Assembly: GCA_963696395.1 (NCBI GenBank)
Contig: CAVOJZ010000002.1
Coordinates: 720,619-784,618 of the forward strand
Direction: 5' to 3'
Length of the DNA: 64,000 nt
DNA from: an uncultured bacterium
Lineage (GTDB): Bacteria > Patescibacteriota > Minisyncoccia > UBA6257 > 2-01-FULL-56-20
Notes under the pieces: model-generated
Told to the model about the DNA's origin: nothing
What the model saw: only the letters and a program-made list of their open reading frames with translations
The model's database searches: none
Translations under genes and position numbers: made by a program
Shown: one piece after another, positions 19,610 to 26,979 of the stretch
How the letters are laid out: every line of letters begins with the position of its first letter
Numbering within the stretch: position 1 is the stretch's first letter

Positions 19610-20716
19610 ATGGATATATTACGATCGGTGGGCGGATGGGCGGGTCGAGTGGCAGCTGGAGCAGCAATGGTTTTTGTTGCGAGCGTCGTCTTCCCCGCAG
19701 GTGTTTCGCATGCTCAGACCGCCGTTTCAATGAAAATTCAACCGGCGCTTTTCGAGCAAACGGTTAATCCCGGCGATAAATTTTCGACATCATTAACAGT
19801 CACAAACCCGGGAACCACCGCGAAGCAATTCTCGGTCGGTGTGCAGGATATCACCGGAATCGATCAGGCAGGTGAGCCGATCTTCAGCTCATCATCCGTT
19901 CCGGAATATGGCGTAAGCTCATGGGTGCAGCTTGGCGATACGGCAATAACGATTCCCGCGGGAGGGAGCGTTACCGTGCCATTCACGATAATGGTTCCGA
20001 AGAACGCCGGCCCCGGAGGGCATTACGGTGCGATTTTCATTTCCTCCGGCGCGACCCGGCCGCAATTTAACGGAACAGGACTTGGCTATGAAGTTGGTTC
20101 GCTCATTGAGCTTCGGATCGCCGGTGACGCGACCGAACAGGCGGAGATCAAAGAATTTTCAACCGACAAATCGTTGTATCAAACCCCGAATGTGACTTTT
20201 ACCGCCTCCGTCGCAGATGAGGGCAATATTCTTCTTCAGCCGCGGGGTCCGATCGATATCGTAAATATGTTTGGGCAGAAAGTGGGAACCGTTGTCATAA
20301 ACGACCAGGGTTCATCAATCTTCCCCGGCGATCAGCGCGCCTTCAATGTGACGTGGAACGGTGGCGGATTCATGTTTGGCCAATACAGCGCCGTTATGAC
20401 CTTGAATTATGGTGACACCGTAAATAAATCCATCTCGGCGTCATTGTCATTCTGGGTTGTTCCGATTATGCCGATCGTCGCTGTTCTCGCAAGCATCATA
20501 TTCTTTGTCCTGATATTCGTCTGGTCCGTTAAGGTGTATGTCCGCAAGCGCGTCCGATCCATGACCGGTGGTCGCCAGGAACGGTCATCTTCATCCGACG
20601 AAGAAACGTTGCTTTCGGGAGGCGGATTGCCACTCTCTCGCCTTGTATTCATCGTCATTGCGACCGCCATCTTCGCAGTCATTTTCTTGATCGCCCTATT
20701 CTTCTTCTTCGGATAA
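19610..20716 (+). CDS. cell-surface protein, paralog of the anchor family (DUF916-like)
   Basis: Signal peptide. Motif GPGGHYGAIFISSGATRP. C-terminal TM (IMPIVAVLASIIFFVLIFVW), a basic/Ser-rich linker, and a second hydrophobic segment at the very C-terminus. Confidence 0.7.
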   Translation: MDILRSVGGWAGRVAAGAAMVFVASVVFPAGVSHAQTAVSMKIQPALFEQTVNPGDKFSTSLTVTNPGTTAKQFSVGVQDITGIDQAGEPIFSSSSVPEYGVSSWVQLGDTAITIPAGGSVTVPFTIMVPKNAGPGGHYGAIFISSGATRPQFNGTGLGYEVGSLIELRIAGDATEQAEIKEFSTDKSLYQTPNVTFTASVADEGNILLQPRGPIDIVNMFGQKVGTVVINDQGSSIFPGDQRAFNVTWNGGGFMFGQYSAVMTLNYGDTVNKSISASLSFWVVPIMPIVAVLASIIFFVLIFVWSVKVYVRKRVRSMTGGRQERSSSSDEETLLSGGGLPLSRLVFIVIATAIFAVIFLIALFFFFG

Positions 20717-20723
20717 TAATTTC

Positions 20724-21095
20724 ATGAGAAAGCGGACGGTTTTGCTTCTCATCATGTTGGCGGGAGTCGCTTGTGTTTTCTTTTTTGTCGCTCGTGGGCG
20801 GGTTGCTTCACTTCCCAGCCTCATGGCGCAAATCGGCATAACGGTTGGCGTGGCACCGAATCCGTACAACACTTTAAACGATCAGCTTAATCAGGAACAG
20901 AATCAGCTGAATCAGCAGGCGGCCGATCTTGCGGCTCGCGAAGCGGCGCTCGCCAGTTCAACGGCCGCCGCCGATGCAGTTTCCTACACCGACTGGTATT
21001 TGAGTGCCGGGATTGCGGCCGTTGCGATTCTTGTTTCCCTGAATTTTTATCTTGATTGGCGGCGCGCCAAGCGGGAAGAAACACCTAAAGTGTAG
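20724..21095 (+). CDS. small membrane protein with a coiled-coil loop
   Basis: Two TM helices flank the loop NDQLNQEQNQLNQQAADLAAREAALAS. Confidence 0.5.
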   Translation: MRKRTVLLLIMLAGVACVFFFVARGRVASLPSLMAQIGITVGVAPNPYNTLNDQLNQEQNQLNQQAADLAAREAALASSTAAADAVSYTDWYLSAGIAAVAILVSLNFYLDWRRAKREETPKV

Positions 21096-21118
21096 TTTTC
21101 ATCATATATAATAGAAGG

Positions 21119-22804
21119 GTGAAGCATCGACTCCAAAGATTGAGTATTCTCACGGCGGCGTGCCTCGCCATTTTTTCTTTTGCGAAAGCGCTTCCGGTCG
21201 CGCATGCTTCCCAATTGTCGTTTGTGAGCGATACCATCAACGACTCCAGATTATCATGGCCCACCAACCACCAGATCGTTTTTAAGGTCCCGAGCGGCAT
21301 ACCGGCCTCCGGCCAGATTGTTGTCGCGTTTGAAGGGGCGCCGTTTTTCATCGATCCCTCGTTCAGCTATACCGACGTGGATCTTGCCGTATCCACGGTT
21401 TCGCCAACTTCCGGCTTTGTCGAAAGACCTCTCGCGGGCATCCCCGGTTTTTTAAATGACGGCGTTGCCATAACTCCAACGACGGGTCCCATCACTATCA
21501 CATTGGCATCCAGCGTGGGTATTCCAGCGGGTGCGTATGTTCGAATTATGCTTGGCACGAATGCTCCCGGCGGTGTGTACCAGATTACCAATCCGGCAAC
21601 GACGGCGTCCTATCGCATTCTTCTTAATACTTTCGATCAACTCGGAGGCAATCTTGATTATGGTGCGGCAATGGTTGCAATTCTGCCCGCGATTGGTGTT
21701 AGCGCAAACACCGATGTGGTAAATCCACCAGTACTATCTAACGGCATGCCCTCAGGAACGATCCCTTCGAACGTTTCGGGAGTGCTCGTTTCTTTCAATA
21801 CCGATACGTACGCGACGTGTCACTATGCAACGTCGTCCGGAATTTCCTATGACGATATGACAAACGTCACGGCCGACGATGAGCTCGGCACAACGCATAC
21901 TTTTAATGTCGACGGCATCACGCAAGGGACGACCTATACGTTTTATGCCCGGTGCGAAGACTTTGCAGGAAATAAAAATCCGAGTGATTATATTATTTCT
22001 TTTACCGCCGGTGATCCAACAGGCGCTCCCGGTTCGGGAGGAGGCGGAGGGGGAGGCGGCGGCGCACCATATCCACCCGGCGCGCCAGGGCCCTCGCTCA
22101 CGTTGAGTGGTTTTACCGTGCCCAACGCAACCATCGTCGTCTTGCAGGACGGATCGAAGATCGCGCCAGCCACCACTGCGGATAATGGGGGATCATTTTC
22201 AGTGAGTATCGCATCTCTCCCGCAAGGAACTTATTCCTTTACCATTCAGGCATTGGGAACCGGCTCAACCGTGATTTCTTCGTACACGGCGACCATAACG
22301 CTCATTACCGGAACGTCGAATAGTATTACCGGAATCGTGATGCCCCCGTGGATCGGATTCGCGACAAGCTCGGTAGCCCTTAATAAATTATTTGCAATGT
22401 CGGGTTTGGCCGAGCCTTCATCAACTATCGATATTGTCGTTACGAGTCAGGCGGGAGTGCGAGGCATTTTCGAGGCAACAACTTCCGCAAATCAAAGCGG
22501 CGCATGGGCGTATTCGCTTTCGACGGCCGGATTCCCGATGGACACGTACCAGGTGAAAGCGCGAGCATTCATAACCGGGCTCGCTGCAAGCAATTTTTCC
22601 ACGATATCCTTCCTTGGCGTCGGTGAAACTCCGGTGCCGAAACTGAAAATAGGGGATTTAAACGGTGATAACAAAGTGAATCTTGTGGACTTCTCAATCA
22701 TGCTCGCCCATTGGGGGACGAGCTATGCCCCGGCCGACTTAAATGACGATGGCATCGTCGACCTTCCGGATTTAAGCATTTTACTTTTCAACTGGACGGG
22801 CTGA
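21119..22804 (+). CDS. secreted surface protein with a C-terminal dockerin module
   Basis: Signal peptide. The N-terminal domain is related to 17150/18417 (SDTINDSRLSWPTNHQIVFKVP versus SDSRPGYPANHTIVFTNP). A poly-Gly linker is present. The C-terminus carries two dockerin Ca-binding loops: DLNGDNKVNLVDFSIML...DLNDDGIVDLPDLSILLFNW. Confidence 0.75.
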   Translation: MKHRLQRLSILTAACLAIFSFAKALPVAHASQLSFVSDTINDSRLSWPTNHQIVFKVPSGIPASGQIVVAFEGAPFFIDPSFSYTDVDLAVSTVSPTSGFVERPLAGIPGFLNDGVAITPTTGPITITLASSVGIPAGAYVRIMLGTNAPGGVYQITNPATTASYRILLNTFDQLGGNLDYGAAMVAILPAIGVSANTDVVNPPVLSNGMPSGTIPSNVSGVLVSFNTDTYATCHYATSSGISYDDMTNVTADDELGTTHTFNVDGITQGTTYTFYARCEDFAGNKNPSDYIISFTAGDPTGAPGSGGGGGGGGGAPYPPGAPGPSLTLSGFTVPNATIVVLQDGSKIAPATTADNGGSFSVSIASLPQGTYSFTIQALGTGSTVISSYTATITLITGTSNSITGIVMPPWIGFATSSVALNKLFAMSGLAEPSSTIDIVVTSQAGVRGIFEATTSANQSGAWAYSLSTAGFPMDTYQVKARAFITGLAASNFSTISFLGVGETPVPKLKIGDLNGDNKVNLVDFSIMLAHWGTSYAPADLNDDGIVDLPDLSILLFNWTG

Positions 22805-22844
22805 TTTGTTATACTGTCTTATATAGAGGTGTCTATGTATTGAT

Positions 22845-23411
22845 ATGAGCTCTTTCTACGAAAAATTATCGGTGAAATTTCAGGATGGCGGGATCTCGGC
22901 ACCCGGCACCGGCACCGCGCCCGCAAAAACGGTCACTTTTAATGCGACCGGAGACCGAACTTCGCCAAAAAAAGCTGACGTCCCAGCCGCAACTCCACCG
23001 ACTGACGTGACGCCGGACGGCGCCGACCCGATTGATGTCGACCTTTTTCAATCCGAAACGCGGACCGTTGTTTTTATGCAATTGAGTGGCATTCCGGCGA
23101 ATGAACTTGCGGTGACGGTAAGCGAGGAATCAAACACGATCATTGTTGAGGCAGCGCAAAAACGTCCGGGTCTGCCTCCGTTACCCGGCGCAAAAGAAGG
23201 GGAACCGCCAGAGAAAGGAATCTATGTTAAGGCGGAGGTAAAGTGGCGCTCGCTGTACCGCAAGATCTATCTCCCGGCACCGTTTGATATCAGCGAAGCG
23301 ACCGCCACGCTCGACAAGGGCGTGCTCATTATAGTGTTGCCGGCAAAACATCCGGGCGTCGGCAAAAAAATGGTGGTTCAGGAAATCCGGCACGATGAAC
23401 AGAAAAAATGA
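22845..23411 (+). CDS. Hsp20/alpha-crystallin domain protein
   Basis: Alpha-crystallin domain motifs: IDVDLFQSETRTVVFMQLSGIPANELAVTV.EESNTIIVEA ... YRKIYLPAPFDISEATATLDKGVLIIVLPAK. The stop overlaps the start of the cohesin-like gene (ATGA). Confidence 0.7.
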   Translation: MSSFYEKLSVKFQDGGISAPGTGTAPAKTVTFNATGDRTSPKKADVPAATPPTDVTPDGADPIDVDLFQSETRTVVFMQLSGIPANELAVTVSEESNTIIVEAAQKRPGLPPLPGAKEGEPPEKGIYVKAEVKWRSLYRKIYLPAPFDISEATATLDKGVLIIVLPAKHPGVGKKMVVQEIRHDEQKK

Positions 23412-25186
23412 GGAAAGGGACATATCTTATTCTCGTCGCCCTTGGGTGGCTCATCGTTAGTCCGGGCATTTTTAATATCGCGGCGGCGCAAACGGCAGGA
23501 GGAAACGCCGCGCTCTCACTTTCACCTTCGAGCGGCTCGCACGCCGTCGGAGAAACGTTTACGGTGAGTGTCATGTTGGATTCCGGCGGCGGCGTGGGCG
23601 TAAATGCCGCCAATGGCGAATTGAGTTTTGACCCGACTCTCCTTGCGGTGCAAAGCGTTTCAAAAGACAATTCTATTTTTAATCTTTGGACGAGCAACCC
23701 TTCATTCTCGAATTCGCAGGGCACCGTTGATTATAGCGGCGGCAGCAACAATGCTTACACCGGAAATTCCGGGGATGTGGTTGATGTGACGTTTAAAGCG
23801 CTCGGTGCCGGCTCTGCGAATATAAAATTTGCATCGGCAAGCGCGCTTGCAGCCGATGGCCAGGGAACAAACGTCCTCGGCGGCACGACGGGCGCCGCCT
23901 ATACCATCGGAGGGGCGGCCGCAAAGCCGGCGGTGCCGGCATCGAATCCCGGATCCTCGCAGTCGCTCGCAAGCCCGGCGCAGGCTCCGTTCACGGTGAC
24001 GATCGCGGTCACATCTCCGACGCATCCGGATCCAAGTGCGTGGTACAACAACAACAGCCCGAATTTCACATGGGTACTCACGCCTGACGTTGCAGGCGTA
24101 AGCACTGCGCTCGATCAGAACCCGGGCACATATCCGAAGCGATCTTCTGCCGGCTTACTGTCGTCCAAGCAATATTCCGCCGTGCCGGAGGGGACATCGT
24201 ATTTCCATGTGCGTTTTGAAGATGCCCTTGGCGATTGGAGCGACCCAGTCAACTATCAGGTAAACATCGACGTGACGCCGCCGTTGCCCTTTACGGTGAG
24301 CGCTCTCACGGGTGCGGGTGTGAGCGGCAGGACCGAATTGATGTTCAATGCGACCGATACCGTTTCAGGGATCGATCATTACGTTGCAACGTTCGACGGA
24401 ACCATGTCGTCAACGATTGCATTGTCGGATGTCCAGAACGGCATATATACTGCTCCGCCGCTCCTGGCCGGCAAACATATTGTTGAAATAAGTGCATTCG
24501 ACAAGGCAGGCAATTATACGAGTGAAAATACCGAATTCACGATTTCCGGAGTTACGATGCCGGAGATCACTAATTTCCCAGCGACCGTCATCGAGAAATC
24601 TCCGATTGTTTTCGAAGGCATCGCCGACAGCGGGGCAAATGTTACGGTTGATATCAACGATGGCACCGGGAAAACGGTATCCGAGGGCAAGATGGTTGCC
24701 GATGAAACGGGCCATTGGCTGTACGCCGTCGAGAGCGGACTTTCAACCGGCAAGTATGCTCTCGGCGTTTCGATGGTTACAACGCAGGGTGCGTCCGTGA
24801 GTTCGACCGACAAATTGTTCCTCAATGTCATCATGGCCCCGTTCCTGGATCGATTCGGTTGGATCCTCATCATCCTTTTGCTGTCGTGCATCGGTGGACT
24901 TCTAACGTACGGCATGTACAAGAAGAAGATCCACGAAATGCAGCTCGCGCTTGCGAAACGGGAAAACGAAGAAGCGCGCGAAAAAACCAGGGCAGTGTTT
25001 GAAGCGCTGCGTGAGGAAATGGATGACCAGATCAGCCATATGGAAGGCGGTGCGGCGCAGGCGCAAGGTGAGGCCAAGCTTGAACCAGAGCGCGTCCTTG
25101 ATGAAGTGCGCAATGCGCTGGTGATTTCTGAGACGACCATTCAGAAGGAGATCGAGGACGTCAATAAGGCTCTCAATGAAGAATAA
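23408..25186 (+). CDS. membrane-anchored cohesin-like domain protein with a cytoplasmic coiled-coil tail
   Basis: Signal peptide. Cohesin-like N-terminal domain (SLSPSSGSHAVGETFTVSVMLDSGGGVGVNAANGELSFDP.LLAVQSV...SIFNLWTSNP...VVDVTFKALGAGSANIKF), then Ig-like domains. TM helix (FGWILIILLLSCIGGLLTYGMY), then a charged coiled coil of about 90 aa. Confidence 0.7.
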   Translation: MRKGTYLILVALGWLIVSPGIFNIAAAQTAGGNAALSLSPSSGSHAVGETFTVSVMLDSGGGVGVNAANGELSFDPTLLAVQSVSKDNSIFNLWTSNPSFSNSQGTVDYSGGSNNAYTGNSGDVVDVTFKALGAGSANIKFASASALAADGQGTNVLGGTTGAAYTIGGAAAKPAVPASNPGSSQSLASPAQAPFTVTIAVTSPTHPDPSAWYNNNSPNFTWVLTPDVAGVSTALDQNPGTYPKRSSAGLLSSKQYSAVPEGTSYFHVRFEDALGDWSDPVNYQVNIDVTPPLPFTVSALTGAGVSGRTELMFNATDTVSGIDHYVATFDGTMSSTIALSDVQNGIYTAPPLLAGKHIVEISAFDKAGNYTSENTEFTISGVTMPEITNFPATVIEKSPIVFEGIADSGANVTVDINDGTGKTVSEGKMVADETGHWLYAVESGLSTGKYALGVSMVTTQGASVSSTDKLFLNVIMAPFLDRFGWILIILLLSCIGGLLTYGMYKKKIHEMQLALAKRENEEAREKTRAVFEALREEMDDQISHMEGGAAQAQGEAKLEPERVLDEVRNALVISETTIQKEIEDVNKALNEE

Positions 25187-26930
25187 AAAAATAAGCGACT
25201 TTGGGCCGAGTTCGAAACCGCAAATAGTTATGTTGCGGGAGAGAATTTGGCGATTTGAAATCAGCCAAAGCAAAGTGAGGCGGTTTTTCCGTGACCACAA
25301 GCTGGGATCTATTATCGGACTTATCATTATCCTTTCCCTGATTGTGGTGCGGTTTGCGTTTGTCGGCTTTGCGAGCACGGCCGATTTTTATCCGTCGTCA
25401 TGTCTTGGCAACTGGGAAAATGTCCAAAACGCACTCGGAAAACCAGACCTTCCCCCTGGGGCGTCACAGGAAGCTTTTACGATGCTCAACTCGGCGTATT
25501 TCGGTACGAGCACGGCACAAATGTTCTGCGGAAATTTTACGGGCGACACGGACATTGCGGCGCTCACCGGCAAATCATTTCAGGAAGCCGACCTCATTCT
25601 CTCCTGGTCGTTTGTATTTCCGCAGGAAGCGACCACAACTCTTGCAACAACGACGGACTCAAGCACTGACGCAGGAGGGGGTGACGGCGGAGCCGATGAG
25701 ATCGCTCCTGAAGCAACATCAACGACTTCGACCGATCTTTCCTCCGCCTCATCTGACGCAAGCAGCATCTCAAGTTCAACAGATGAAAGCCTTCCGGTAG
25801 TAACTAGCACCGATGCAAGCGATTCACAGCCATTGCCACAGGATGTGAGTTCCAGTGATGCAACCGCGAGTGATGCGAGCGATGCCGCTCCTGCGGTAGC
25901 ACCGCCGGCGCCAGCGCCAACGACGACACAGGATGAATCTCCTGCGCCGGCTCCGGCTCCTGAACCTGCGTCAACGACCGATTCCGACGGGTCGGCTTCC
26001 GACAGTCAACCAACTTCGTGGTTGTGGAATTTTGTTGGCGTTGCATTTGCCGACGACTCGTCGTCGCTCGCGATCGATACGAGCACAGCAAGCTCCACCG
26101 ATTCATCAACGTCAATCGAGGCGACATCTTCGGCGGAAATCGGCGTGCCGGTGGAACCTCAGCCCGCACCGATCAGCGTGAACACTTCCCAGTTTCAAAA
26201 TATCGTTTTGCCGTCGAGTACCGCGAATGCGATTCTTGGTATCGTTTATTCGACGGACGGAGTGACATGGCAACCTGTCGTGAACATCGATGCTTCGAAC
26301 TGGCAGACCGCGCGTTATGTCATCCCCATACACTCATGGGTCGAACTCGAACATCTGCAGGTGGCTTTTGTCGGACTCGGTGCTTCCAGCTCGCCTCAGA
26401 TATTTCTCGATTCTGCGGGCGTCGAAGTGAGCTATGCCGACGCTCCACCGGATCCGAATACCGATACACAAGCAACCGATACGGTTTCGGAGGCTCCGTC
26501 TTCGACTGCCGGTCAGGTTATGCCGCCAACGCCGGTGCAACTTCCGCCAGTCCAGGCATTTAGGCAGGTTTTTTATCCTTTCGCCGGTCAGCAATGTTCC
26601 GTCATGCCTTTTTCCGAATCCATTCCGCCCGGCGGTGGCGGATCGTTTATTCTAAAACTCACTCCACCGGCCGCCGCAACGTCGTCGCTCAAAAAACCTC
26701 AGCAAAATAGCCCGCCGCTATACGACGCTTCACTTGGGGCGCTCCCCACCGGTATTTCCGCAGACATTATCCAGACGGGCCCCGGCATGGACACCGTTGG
26801 GGTGACAACAGCCCCCGATGTTCCACCGGGTTCTTATAACGCGGTCGTTGTATATAAAGAGCGACAACACGACGGAACGGTTGAGCCGAATTTTTGCCAG
26901 TTCAACATCGTGATAACGAGTCCGTCATAA
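25176..26930 (+). CDS. membrane-anchored low-complexity (Ser/Thr/Asp/Ala/Pro-rich) surface protein
   Basis: N-terminal TM anchor (LGSIIGLIIILSLIVVRFAFVGFA). Long acidic S/T/D/A/P stalk. Globular C-terminal region. Confidence 0.55.
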   Translation: MKNKKISDFGPSSKPQIVMLRERIWRFEISQSKVRRFFRDHKLGSIIGLIIILSLIVVRFAFVGFASTADFYPSSCLGNWENVQNALGKPDLPPGASQEAFTMLNSAYFGTSTAQMFCGNFTGDTDIAALTGKSFQEADLILSWSFVFPQEATTTLATTTDSSTDAGGGDGGADEIAPEATSTTSTDLSSASSDASSISSSTDESLPVVTSTDASDSQPLPQDVSSSDATASDASDAAPAVAPPAPAPTTTQDESPAPAPAPEPASTTDSDGSASDSQPTSWLWNFVGVAFADDSSSLAIDTSTASSTDSSTSIEATSSAEIGVPVEPQPAPISVNTSQFQNIVLPSSTANAILGIVYSTDGVTWQPVVNIDASNWQTARYVIPIHSWVELEHLQVAFVGLGASSSPQIFLDSAGVEVSYADAPPDPNTDTQATDTVSEAPSSTAGQVMPPTPVQLPPVQAFRQVFYPFAGQQCSVMPFSESIPPGGGGSFILKLTPPAAATSSLKKPQQNSPPLYDASLGALPTGISADIIQTGPGMDTVGVTTAPDVPPGSYNAVVVYKERQHDGTVEPNFCQFNIVITSPS

Positions 26931-26979
26931 TTGGGGGCGTTGTATACGTGGTAGAATAATTGGGTAATCATCCGGTTCT

